A DNA stretch of 58,484 nt, the filler included, from Asterionella formosa (lineage: Eukaryota), in NCBI GenBank assembly GCA_002256025.1. It is 4 parts of 4 records of this genome, joined end to end, with 100 filler letters (N's around TTAATTAATTAA, not from the genome) between each part and the next. Parts side by side here need not be neighbours in the genome. Positions count along the whole stretch, not along the records: positions 14,655 to 29,203 come from NKIB01005930.1; positions 29,304 to 43,844 come from NKIB01005937.1; 2 more parts are not named here. One strand, written 5' to 3'. The notes beneath the pieces were generated by a model. It made no database searches, was not told the origin of the DNA, and saw nothing but the letters and a program-made list of their open reading frames with translations. The position numbers and the translations under genes were made by a program. Below are positions 25,457 to 37,900 of the stretch, one piece after another (the stretch's first letter is position 1; each line of letters opens with the position of its first letter).

Positions 25457-26263
25457 CTCCCTCTGTCCAATAATTGTTGCATCGATAATTCAAATTTATC
25501 TAGGGCTATTTTGACTTCTACGATTTTCACCGGCTCAATTGCCCTATTGTGCAGCTTGCTCTAAGCTACGGATCCATTTATGATATGTATGTAGTACATT
25601 TAAAATTGGCAACTACCGGTACATATCAAAAAAGGTTTTGGGGCTTTTTCGATTTTCATTTATGGCCATCTATAGCAAAATGCAGATGCATGAGGACCCA
25701 TTTTTCTTCGAACGATCTATTCTCAGCATACATACTACAAAGTGCGATATAACAGTAGGACTACTGCAACTTGCGTTCAATTATGGAATGTGCAACCTCC
25801 AAAGTGACAATGGTGGGAAGGAAGAAAACGACGGTATGCTCGTTTTGATGATTGTACCCATTAAATATCCGGCAGTATGGTTAATTTAGGTTGAACAACC
25901 GTACAAAATGTACTGAATGACAATTATTCTATTCATGTTATAATTATTAAAGTGGCTTGTTTTATTCGGTTTCCCACAAATATTTGAGTGACTGGCCGAT
26001 TTAAAAAAGCATTTGGTGATATGTACATCTATACAATGTATATACCTTTTATTAAATTGGTTTCGATTAATTTAACTTATGTTTTATTAGTGATTGCGAG
26101 TTCCGGTATATGTTCACTTCTATGTAACTCATAAAAACATTTTTCCGAGTAAGCCGAGCCTCACATAGAACGATGGCATGTTCGCAGCGTAATCCTTTAT
26201 ATGCGAATATTTAAGACACTAGGGTGCCGGCGAATCGATGCAACTGTTACTGGACAGAGGGAG
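25457..26263. mobile_element. Stowaway-like (mariner-derived) MITE, 807 bp
   Basis: TA|CTCCCTCTGTCCAATAATTGTTGCATCGAT ... ATCGATGCAACTGTTACTGGACAGAGGGAG|TA. Confidence 0.85.
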
Positions 26264-26833
26264 TACGAGACACCAGGTTTTAGGGTGCACGAAGAAGCAA
26301 AATTGATGCAACTTGCTGGTGTAGGTACTCCGAATGCGTTTTACGAAGGTGCACCTATCACCAGCTCGGCTGGCAGAAGTCTTACCAAATTTTCCCTATT
26401 CGTGCTTGAGACAAAATGTTTTTTCGCAACTAATTGAGCAATGAACGTCCCTATCTGACATCAAATACGACTCATTTAATGTTGGTAATTAGGCCAGTTC
26501 TGTGTATACTAAATATAATTCTGTGCGATGGTCAGCACGGTCAATCGAAATGTTCATACTTTTGTAACTCTATCTGTTTGTATGGAGTGCATCTAACTAA
26601 TCATTGCTACCTACCGGGTATGTCCACCAAGCAAGGCTGAATTGACGGTGTGGTACCAGGAAACTAGCTTGTGGCCTAATTATTTAGTACGTTGAAATCC
26701 GGACAGGGTCGCACGACTTGACGTCTCCGACCATTTCTGCCTGCCGGCATGTAGTAGGCGCTCCGTTACCACTCACTGAACAAACAAATTCCTCCATGAC
26801 ACAATCTACATTGTGTCATTGGACTAATTCACA

Positions 26834-28369
26834 ATGCTTCGTCTTTTGAGCTTTGCTCTCCTCGCAGTAACCTGTAGTGCTGATTGTTCCCTTTGCCTCA
26901 ATGGCCAGGCACCTACAAATCCAGGGGCAACTGTTGACGGTGGATCCGGGATCCTTTGCGGCTATTACTACGAAAACCCTGGACAAATTTCTCAAGCCCA
27001 GTGCGATGATGCTCATTTGTCTGCCAATCAAGCTGTTTGTGGATGTGGAACTGACGCCCCTGTCGCTGTTACAGCTGCGGATACACCTGCCCCTTCCGTA
27101 ACTGAGACTGGAACCCCAACTGCTCAACCATCGCTCGCTGTAACCACTTCACCATCATTCACTGCTACCACTTCATCTCCAACGGCTGCACCAAGCATTG
27201 CCGCGACGCCGTCCCCAACGTCATCCCCGTCAGTTGTAACCGGTTCTCTGACCACCAATCCATCTGAGTCACCATCTGCTATCGTGGCAGGGGGGGCCGT
27301 CACTTCGACCCCAAGTGCCTCGCCATATCGTACAGTTTCAGAGATTCCTACATTTGTAGTATTCGCAGAGACTCCGGCTCCTATTATTACTGCTACTATC
27401 ACTCCTGTTGCTGGAAACGAAACTCCGGATCCTGTCAATTTCCCTGTATCCAGTGCTCCTGTTACTCCTCCAACTGGTGATACAGTTCCATCCCCTATTC
27501 TACCTACAGTTCCTTCGCCAGTTACGCCGACAGTTTCTTCACCAGTTGCTCCAACAGTTCCAGCGCCAGTTGTTGCAACAGTTCCCTCGCCAGTCGCTCC
27601 TACTACTCTAGTTGTTCCATCAACTGATGCTCCAGTGGAAGCGCCTTATACTTCTGCTCCAATCGGACTTATTGCTCCCAGTTGCACTGGCTTAAATGAA
27701 GATCCATACCAGTTTTTTGGCAACGGCTCGCGCATTTCTTGTTGCAACACTGTGGACCAATGTCTTGATGACTGGAATAACAACTCTGTGGTATACTATC
27801 GATGCGTTGAGAAAGGCAGTTGTCCTAATAACTACCCAGGCCTCGAGCCTGAAATTCCTCCTGTCTGCACCGGATATACTGAGGATCCCTACCAGGTGTA
27901 TGGAAATGGTTCTTTTATTCCTTGCTGCAACCCTACATATCAGTGCCTGAACACTTGGGATGGTGATCAACGTACCTACTTTAAATGTGTGAACCAGTGT
28001 AAACCAAATCCTATTCCCCCTCCAGTCTGCACCATTCAGGACAACGATCCATTTCAATTCTTTGGAAACGGAACGGTGAACAAGTGCTGCCCTGGTCTTG
28101 GAAAATGCTTGGATGACTGGAACCAAAATAACCGATTTTATTATCGTTGTCTTCCATGCTGTGCCGATACGTGTGCAGCCGGAACGTTGCCTTCTCCAAC
28201 TTCTACCAAGACAGGAGTTTCGGCCGCCGAACTTGGCAACTTTGCTCCGACTGGCGAGCTTGGTATATACTCGTACCAGTCAATCCCAGTCACCTCTCGA
28301 GCTTTCACTATGGGAATGTCGATGGTTGGAATCCTTTTGACAGGATATCTTTCTCTTCAGTTGCTTTGA
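26834..28369 (+). CDS. Secreted mucin-like (Pro/Thr/Ser) protein with three Cys-rich repeats, probable GPI anchor
   Basis: 511-aa ORF with a signal peptide and an N-terminal CSLC..CGC module. A long PTS stalk precedes 3x CT...DP[YF]Q..GNG....CC.....CL..W......Y..C, then a hydrophobic C-terminus. Confidence 0.9.
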   Translation: MLRLLSFALLAVTCSADCSLCLNGQAPTNPGATVDGGSGILCGYYYENPGQISQAQCDDAHLSANQAVCGCGTDAPVAVTAADTPAPSVTETGTPTAQPSLAVTTSPSFTATTSSPTAAPSIAATPSPTSSPSVVTGSLTTNPSESPSAIVAGGAVTSTPSASPYRTVSEIPTFVVFAETPAPIITATITPVAGNETPDPVNFPVSSAPVTPPTGDTVPSPILPTVPSPVTPTVSSPVAPTVPAPVVATVPSPVAPTTLVVPSTDAPVEAPYTSAPIGLIAPSCTGLNEDPYQFFGNGSRISCCNTVDQCLDDWNNNSVVYYRCVEKGSCPNNYPGLEPEIPPVCTGYTEDPYQVYGNGSFIPCCNPTYQCLNTWDGDQRTYFKCVNQCKPNPIPPPVCTIQDNDPFQFFGNGTVNKCCPGLGKCLDDWNQNNRFYYRCLPCCADTCAAGTLPSPTSTKTGVSAAELGNFAPTGELGIYSYQSIPVTSRAFTMGMSMVGILLTGYLSLQLL

Positions 28370-28796
28370 GCAATAGTGAGCAACAATTCAATAGCACAAT
28401 ATTCATATTTAAATAGGCTGGGAAAGTATATGGCAATGATTTTTGCGTTTTTGTGATGATAATTGTGATAACCTATAAGAAAAAGTTACTGCGCTTCAAG
28501 TGTGAAACTCACCGGTACACCCGGGTTCCTGGTAGATTCTTTCAAAAGGAGGCAAACGTCGATCATTACCGTACTGCACTAGTGATGCTCATTCAAAATA
28601 AACTCACCAGGGTACCCTGGTACCTACGAAACCGAAGCAAACTACCGTACCGGTACGGATATTGGTCCCTGTCAGTACATACATACCTGCATATGTACCG
28701 GTACTCTGGACACCATTCCCACGAGCTAAGCAGGGTAATAAATATCTACGATAGGCATGCACTCCGAGTGCAACCAGGATAACGCAGTACCAGGTA

Positions 28797-28943
28797 CTCC
28801 CTCTGTCTAGTAACAGTTGCATCGATTCGCCGGCACCACCAGTGTCTTTACTGTTTGCATATCAAGGATTATGTAGCCAACATACGAAATTTCTACGTGA
28901 GGGTCGGCTTACTCGAAAAAATGCGTTTTTTATGAGTTACATA
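28797..28943 (-). mobile_element. Second Stowaway-like MITE copy (inverted), interrupted at a TA
   Basis: TA|CTCCCTCTGTCTAGTAACAGTTGCATCGATTCGCCGGCACC...tatgagttacaTA is the reverse complement of ~26121-26263. Confidence 0.85.
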
Positions 28944-29203
28944 CCGTATACTTCATTGTCCTGGACCCCCCAATGTACACTGCCGTGACTGAATTTGACT
29001 GATTTTACTTAAGGGGGGCCCAGGACAATGAAGAGATTTCCCTTATAATGGACCTAAGTAAATTTCTTTAGTTCTACAGGATAGCGCACATTTTTCTAAG
29101 ATGTATTAATATGACAATTATTTCCGTCTTGTGAAAAATGAGAGAGTTCTTCCCCTCGCAAGAAAAACGCGACTTCATGTGTTATCGGCGATCTCAATTT
29201 TCG
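28944..29203 (+). mobile_element. Terminus of pogo/Tc2-like element inserted into the MITE, running into a gap
   Basis: The first 125 bp are identical to 14430-14554. The element starts immediately after a TA of the MITE. Confidence 0.65.
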
Positions 29204-29667
29204 NNNNNNNNNNNNNNNNNNNNNNNNNNNNNNNNNNNNNNNNNNNNTTAATTAATTAANNNNNNNNNNNNNNNNNNNNNNNNNNNNNNNNNNNNNNNNN
29301 NNNATGGACAAATAAGATTGATTTATGATGGTGCAGTGGTTGAATTTCCCAAGAGGTTACAACAATATACGACTAATCTGAGTTGAAAATTCAACCAAAA
29401 GAAGAGGAAAAATTCAACCGCCAATGCAACCGGGTTGAAATTCTTGGAGGTCAGTACCTAATTTTACCACGGTAAAATGTTGTCAATACTGTCAAGGTAC
29501 CATCATGTCCCGAGTAGGACAATACCAGGGGTCTACAGAAAAATACAACTTGGGTTGAATTTTACCAATAACAGGTAGGTACCAGGTAACCGGTATACCG
29601 GTATCATTCCTTGTGTTGGATGATGCTCTCTACATACCGGTAATCAAATACGGTACATTGATTTCGA

Positions 29668-30847
29668 ATGAACACCATGTTGTTTGCCAGGGCTTTTCCT
29701 CGCTCTGCTACCTTCATGGTTCGAGTGGCACAGCAACAATTCATCACACCAGCTGTTACGACTTTTGCGTGTCAATCAATAACACCCAAAACAACAATAG
29801 CACCAAAAAAAAGACTATTGACTTTCTGTTCAAGATATTTTACCACCACTCCCGCCGTCATCACTGACAATGAACCCACCAGGCTTTCCAAACTCTTGGC
29901 TCAATCAAACAAATTCAAAATCAGCCGCCGCGAAGCAGAACGATTGATTAAACATGGAATGGTTACCATTGCTGGGCAGGTTGTAACATCTCCCTTCATC
30001 ATGGTCACGCCCTCGGAGGTTGCCAACAGCATCAAAGTACAGGGCAAACTGTTGCAACCACAGACGGCTCATGAAGCAAGACCTAGAGTATGGATCGTTC
30101 ATAAGTTAATAGGAGAAGTGATTTCGGAACAAGACCCACAAGGAAGACCGTCTCTGTTGGAACGATTGATGCGAGCGGGGGTGGGAAAGAATTTGCATCT
30201 CAAAGCCGTGGGACGATTGGACATGTCCACCGAAGGACTGATTTTGGTCACTAATGATGGGGGATACAAGAGAGAGATGGAATTGCCGTCTAATAGATTG
30301 CATAGAACCTATCGAGTCAGGGTTCATGGAAAATTGGCGCCCTACAAGTTAAAGGCAATGAGGCAGGGACTTACTATTGAGAACATACACTATCGAGGCA
30401 TGATGGTCCAGATTGAAAGTAGAAAGACAGAGGGTACCAATACGTGGTTGAAATTGACATGTGTGGAGGGCAAAAATCGACAAATTCGTAAAGTGTTGAA
30501 TCACCTTGGTTGTAAGTTAGTGTGTTTGTTCGTTTCTTCCCAATAAATGTTCACCCATGTGTGTATATATACATCATCCCAAACACATGGAACTCATGAA
30601 GCACATGTTTGCCTACAATACAGTGAACGTGACACGCTTGATTCGAATCGCCTACGGAGATTACGATTTGCAAACAATTCCTCCTGGTATGGCCATGGAA
30701 GTTCCTATCAAGCCGTTGGACTTGCACAAACGACGAGGCAATTTGGTGACAACGACGACCAACAATAGCAAATCAAAGCCAAAGGCGCTTTCTCCTTCTG
30801 CCAAAGAAGAAAAATCTACTCCTGTTCAGTGGGTGAGGCACTCATAA
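29668..30847 (+). CDS. RsuA/RluB-family rRNA pseudouridine synthase, probably mitochondrial (intron 30512-30623)
   Basis: S4 domain RLSKLLA...SRREAERLI..G.V.I.G, catalytic VGRLDMSTEGLILVTNDG, EGKNRQIRKV, and spliced L|NVTRLIRIAYG. The basic, hydroxylated N-terminus resembles a transit peptide. Confidence 0.92.
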
Positions 30848-31998
30848 AAGCCATTGATCTTTCAAAAATGGTGAAGTTCTCCATTCCCGGTAGTTTGTAC
30901 TGATCAATGATTATGAGTAGAACGTTGGAAACAATGGTTACGTGTGTTCATAATGCTAGATCGCTCAACCGACAGTGCTGTTGGAAGAAATCCTTCCATC
31001 CCTCCTGTAATTTGATTTTTTTGTTCATCATCATGCGACAGACATAGATGTATACGCTTGATGCAATTTTTGTTGATGGACCAAAGGTTGCAAGACTATT
31101 TATTGACGCACTGAGACAACATGGTATTCCAGGGAAAATAGGAATGTAGACGCAATTGAAGACTGAAAAAACTACTATCATGCAGTTCACAGGTATGGTT
31201 GTGAGTACACCCGACAGCTCCACCTACTTTTAAATATATCCTCCTTCTTGTAATGTGAGTTGACCCATCAATCCATTTTTAAGTATAGAAAAAGAAACGC
31301 ATCTCCATTCTGCAGTATTGGACCAACAGTTAACTCCTGAGCATATGTATAGTCCCTTGCGTTTATAACATGTGCAAATGGGCAGCAATATTGAAACTTC
31401 TGTCTATGAACTTCATGCATACAGAGATGTTCTTCATTCATGTAAGTTGTCGTTAAAAAATAACATAAACCCTACCAGCAGGTAGCTCGTGCTACATACA
31501 TACAAGAAAGATAACAAGGGTTGAAAAAGCCTCAACTTTTAGTCCAAAACGTGAATTTCCTCGATGTTTCCACGTGGTCGCGCGTCGGCTCTCAGATTTA
31601 TAGTACTGGATACTACGATTTGCATAAAATTTGTTTTCAGAAATACCGGTTGTCTGCCTACCAGCATACACGGGCGATGATCATCAGTGTCGTCTGAATA
31701 CATTCTGTGTGATGATGAGGAAATCATAAAATACTTCATGCACATGACTGATTCCAACTAGTCGTTTTTGGATCCGCTATTCGACATAAACCCCGCCGAG
31801 GATCGATGATCCTGGAGTCGTCTCATCTTCTCTCCTCTCCTCTCGTCTTCTCTCAACCGGTGCCACATCATAGCTTTTTTCATTCTACACTGCATTGTCC
31901 TTTTCCTTAGTTGAATAGACTGTTATTCTATTCGAGAGAGAGAGATCAGACTACCAATAGTTTCTTATTCTCTCAACCGAGATTTATCAACTTGAAGG

Positions 31999-34900
31999 AT
32001 GTACGGCAATTTGCATGAGGAGAAACTGCGAATTTTGGAGCTCTGCAGCCTTGATCTCTTGGAGCAAGAAGTCACGCCACTGCTTATGCAAATAGGGGTA
32101 CAGAAAGGTGCAGACAACTGCTACAGGATTTGGTACGAACACGATACCAAGAAGTATCCGTCCCTCAAGGCACTTGCCAAGCACTGTTTGGAGTGCCAGT
32201 TGAAAGTGGCCAAGGAAAGATTGACGGGGATTGATGGAGAGTTGGGAATCTTCAAATTATCACATTGGATCAAGTCGGCGCTCGTCCCAGAAGATCGTAT
32301 CGCTGACCTGTTTTTTTTTCTCAGGCCTCTTACTAAACCCATGAGTCACGCTACAGCTAAGTGGCAACTAGATAGATTGAAGAATTTATTAGCTGGAGTT
32401 GTGCAATGGAATTGGGAAGACTGTGGAAAGCTGGGTTTTCCTGTTGAGTGCTGGGCAGAGAATGAATCTGGAATTACTCCGCAAGACAAGGTTAGGATTC
32501 TCCTCAACTATCACCATACAGAAAGTAATCGAGTGTGAGTCATGTTCACATGTGTGCATGTATTTACATTGGAAGTAATATTCTGCAACTCACAGTTCCA
32601 GTTTTCAGAATTGTTCGGTCCACCATTGCATGTGAGAATCCAATTCTCAAAGAACGCAACGGAAATACCGAGCCATCCTTCCAATCATCGACTGAATTGT
32701 CCACTCAAAATGATCCCATTTATCTTGAATCGAGCGAAAGAAAGCAACCTTCTATCCAAACATTGCCGGAATTGGTGACCAACAATGATCCCATGCTTCT
32801 TAAACTGATAGAAATGCAGCAACCGTCAACTGTTTGCACTAATAATGATGCCATTAGTCGTGGATCGAACAATACAAAGGCACCGTCTATTCAACCAATA
32901 CCTGATTTCTTCACCAATAAGGATCACATGCTTCTTAAATCTAGCGAAACAAAGGAACCATCAAATGAAGTGTTGACAAGCCCTTTTCTACCTTCCTCCT
33001 CAGAATTCACAGAAACGTCGACACCGTTGTTAAAGTCGGAATCATTGTCAGCCCCATTGCAGGTGCAATCCCAAGTTTCGACCCATTCGTCGAGACGGTC
33101 CAAACGGGCAGGCATTCCTCTTTCTGATGGCCAAAACTTGTCGAAGAAGCCCAAGATACGGTCGTCTGCTCGATTTAGTCAAAATTTTGAAACTCAAGTT
33201 CCAATCATTGAAGATAGCTTAGCTTTGAAATTACTCAGAGCATGCAACCATGGGTTTGAAAACAAGCATCAGGAATACAACATCCCTTATATTAATCATC
33301 CTGTAAATGGCATAAGCTCTTTGAAAGAAATGAGATCAATACTATGCAAGAATGGAGTTCCTTTGGCACCTGGTGTTGATAATGTCAGAACTTCGTTAAC
33401 AGAAAGTGAGTCCGAAAAGTTGAAAGTTTGGGTGAGATTGGCGATTGCACCAGATTTGCGGTCATTTGTTCAACCTTCTTGTGCTTTTGGTATCAAGGAG
33501 GCTCAACTGGCTTTGATGGCATCAAGCGTGGTTACAAATGAATGTGGTTGGAAATTAGGTGACTTGACTTTTAGTACTTTCTCTCAATTAAGTAGTCATA
33601 TTCACTATCATGGTTTGGGCCAACCAATAGTGAGCAGCCCAGAAATGGAGAAAGCCATGGTGTGTATTGCTCTTGGTACCAGTACTCCTTCGTCAACGTT
33701 GTAAGTTCCAATCCCTACATGCATGTATTTAAATGTCCATACCTGGTTGTTGTTTACTAACATTATTGTTCATCAGCGTCATCCAGGAAGTGCCCGTCAA
33801 AGTTGAGCCTGAGCTGTCAGTTAATCTGCTTTCTGAGAAGAACCCATACGTCAAGAGGGACTTATTTGCCAAAATTCCTTCTACTGGTTTAGATGAGATT
33901 CCCCTCCCAGTAAGAATATGCCAAAAGAGAAAGAGGTTGGATCGCCCCATTCAAAAATTGAGTTTTGATGAAATTGACATGATGAGCCAAGTTAAATCCA
34001 GCTCAGATAGCATTTACTACTACGAAACTCTCGGCTCACTTCGAAAGCCACCTGAAGTATCCTTCAAATGGGGAAAGCAGCTGGGTTGTAGACGAACAAT
34101 GGGGCGGCAATATTTTGACTCTTTTGTTTTGCACAAACAACATTTGACCGTTGGAGATTTTGTTGTCCATAATGCGAATGATGGAACTAATAAACTATTC
34201 AAAATTGTATCAGCATTTCAAGCAATTCATTCTGTCCATGGAATTTGGACAGGCACTAGCCGTTCTCGTGAGTGCTTGCAAAAACGAGGTGAGCAATAGT
34301 CAGAGGGCATGTTCCAATTTTGGTTGGGGTTTGGGATCTCATCTCACATATCAGCTGTTTACAGGCGAACCCTATGTTGAGGTAGTCCCATTCGAAAATA
34401 GGAAGAAGTTGGGTAGCAAAAACGAAGTTTTTCTCCATGTTGCGGATTCCTGGCATGTTGGACATGTTCAAGCTGTCCCCTTGGCTCTCATAGAGGACGG
34501 TGAAAGTTTCTCCCGAGTTCGTGTACAAATTTACCCCTCAGAGTTGGAGGAATCCTTTGAATTTGTTTGTGTTGGGCTCCCAGGGAAAGTCCCACTGTTA
34601 TATGCCCAAAAGGTTTTTCTAGCTGAAACTTGTCCGCAAAGGCTGCAAGACTTTGTCTACGGAGAATGGGCTGATGCATGCAAGGCTGAGGCAGTTCAAC
34701 TTCTACGCCGGGAGCGAGTATGCAGTTACCACTTCAAAGGCTATGTGCTTCCAATAATTGAGACAAAATTGAGCAGCGATGACAGTGATAGTGATGAATG
34801 TGATGAAGATGCATCACTGGACATATCCCTGGTTTCAGTAGCAAGATTTGATTCCAAGGAGCTGCACGAGCTACAGAGAGTACAAAATGGTCTCAAGGTA

Positions 34901-37900
34901 GTTAAGCTTCGCAAAAAAACTCCATTGCCCACACTTTCAATCAGTGGAAGTATCTTTAATCTCAGCCAACAAATTAAGAAGTGCAAGGACGATTCTTCAT
35001 TTGACACTGGCGCAAAATTGCTTGAGCTGTTACAAAAAGCTCCAATTATTAGCTCCAATGCTCAGCTTGCTGAAAATGCAACGAAATTGCAGTATGATGT
35101 CTCCATGGCGATTAGACAACTCCAACCACTCAGAACGTTTTTCACAATCTATCCTGAATCAGAGTTGCAAACTAGCGCATTTGAACCAGAGCTCAAATCC
35201 GAGATTGGGAGGATTTTACGTGATGACCTGAATTTTCCCAAACGCCTGCATTGTCTTCAATCTGAATTTATTATGGAGGCTTTGTCAGAACCACACATTG
35301 ACACAGTGCTGGTGGCACCATGCGGATTTGGAAAGAGCCTTTGCTTTGCTGTGCCCGCACTTTTTCGTCGTGGAGTAACATTTGTCATTGAACCATTGCG
35401 AGTGCTAGTCGAAAATCAGTACAACACATTCGAACCAAATGCTAGAGCCGGGAAGTTTGATGTGCATCGGCTGTTGTCCCGCCATCTAGCAGCGAGCCTG
35501 AGGGAGAAGGATCATGATGCAGTGCTACTGGAGCTTAGAAACCGTTGCCGGAGTTTGAACTCAAAAAGCACATTAATTTTTTCCACTCCTGAGTTGATTG
35601 ATCACCATCTTGCTGCCATATCATGGCTGAAGAATGCTGGTGTCTTGGTATCCATCGTCTTTGACGAATTTGACATACAAACAGAAACCTATGAAGATTT
35701 TCGCGAAGTCTACACAAATCTCCTTCCGAAGTTGCGAGAAAGCTGCCCCGATGTTAGTTTTATGTTTCTATCTGCAACTGCGTCAAAAAGGGCACTGTTG
35801 TCAATTGTCCCAAAAGTTGCAAGTCCAAAGCGAAAGATCAAGCTGTTTGTGGCTAGTAGAGCAATCTCCGATAACCTCATATTTAAGGTGGAACGAAAGG
35901 AAAACCCTGGGCAGGTGAGAAAATGGTTGGATCTTGACTATAGGTGGATGTGTTATCACTGGCGCTCATTTTTTTTCATGTTTCAGGTTGCGATGAGAAT
36001 CAAAGAAATAATTGGGCCGACAGAGAAAGGGAAAAATGCACCCAAAGCATTATGCTACTGCCTGTCAAAGAAAGAGTGCCGTGAGATGGCAGGTCGACTG
36101 AATGTGCTTGGGATTCATGCCATTGCCTTCACAAGTGATAATAATGATGATGGAACTGCTCCTGACATATTGAGATCGTTCTTGAAACCAAATGACAATA
36201 CTTATTCCTTGCTTTGTTGCACAACAGGTAGGTTCATAAGAAATTGCAGAAGATGTCTACATCAAACCCATGTACTAACCTCATTCTCCACACAGTACTT
36301 GGTCGTGGATTTCATCATCCCAGCATTCGGTTTGTCTTCCATGCATACATTCCGCATTCCCTATCAAATTACATTCAAGAAACGGGACGAGGTGGACGGG
36401 ATGGGCATGCAGCTACATGTGTGCTTTTCTACCGTAATCAAGATATATCGTTAGTGGAAAGCATCAAGGGTAGCCTGGGCAAGAAACTTCCTCATGCACA
36501 ACGTTTGCTTCTCGATGAAGATATGATGTCAATCGCTACCTATTGCTTTTCAGACAAATGTCGGTATGCCTTCTTGACTGCCGCTGCAAGATCATCTGAT
36601 GGTGGCAGTGAGTCAAAATGCCTTCCCAAGTTCCCTTGTGACAATTGTTGGAAAAGGGGTGCAGGATCACGATTTGTTAAAGCAGATTTAAGCCCAATTG
36701 TCAGCAAATTCCTCGGCTCGGTGGAGGATGACATGCGCCAGCACCTTACTGCAACATTGACACATAAGCACATTGAGTACTTGCTGAGGAGAGCCATAGG
36801 GCGTCAACCTGTTCAAGCCATTGTTCCATTCTTGCGAAGGCTTGATGATTGTTCCGAGGGAGAAACACCGTTGTGCGTTGGTGATATAGAACAGAACTCC
36901 CCAGCAAATGACTTATTGAGGTATTTGCGAATATCTGGAGTCCTAAACTACAACAATGGATTGAAGGAGTATGCAAAGGGCGACAACTTTGAAGTATTTG
37001 AAAACCAGCTTGTGTCCAAAAGTGTCAGTATATTTGTTGAGTACATGCCAGTGACCCTGCCAGCTTGCCAAGTCCCAGTCCATAGACATATTTCAAAAGT
37101 TGAAGATGCCGTAAATCTGCAGAATTGTGTTGGAGATGATCGGACGGCACTAGGAATGCTTCGGCATCAGTCTAGTAGTCATTTTGTGAAGCGCAATCAG
37201 AAGAGTGTGATTCAGTTGCATGGAGATGATTCTACCTTAGACTCCATTTTATTCGATCTTCCCTTTTTCCTGCAATTTGAGGTGTGTCGCGCCCTTGGAT
37301 TGGTGACAGATGCCGATGTCCATGTCGATAAAGACAAACTGAAAGAGTTGATAAATGAACAAGTTATGCTAGGCATAAATCCTGTGAAGTTTCTGAATTC
37401 TGTACATGACCTGTTTGGCTCAGTCGCAACAATGTCACCTTACCTGAGCAGAGATGGCAAAACTATTCGCGAATCTCTGTACTTTCAGGCGAATTTGAGA
37501 CCTGATGGTGTTATCAAGCTGATTTGCCCAGAGGTGGGAATTGATCGCAGGATCTTTAGAAAGTTTGGCTCAAATCGATTCCTGCACATCAATGTTTGCT
37601 CTGATAATATTCCCAACTGGTTCCAAAAAGGATTCAACATCTTTGGTAGATATTGGCGGTTTCTCTGGTGTAAAACCACGAAGTCTCCACAATGCTACAT
37701 TTTTTTTGCAGAAAAGGGAGTTGGGATAAGTCAAGACAAGGCAATAACAGTTGAGAAAGTGCGAAATTGGTGCATTCCAATTGAACTGAACAAGGGTCTA
37801 ACAATTGCAAAGGAATTCAAGAGACTCAAATTGTCATTTTCAAAGACTACGCCAAGTGGGATACTACCACACAGATGCGTTGAAATAATAGATGATATTG

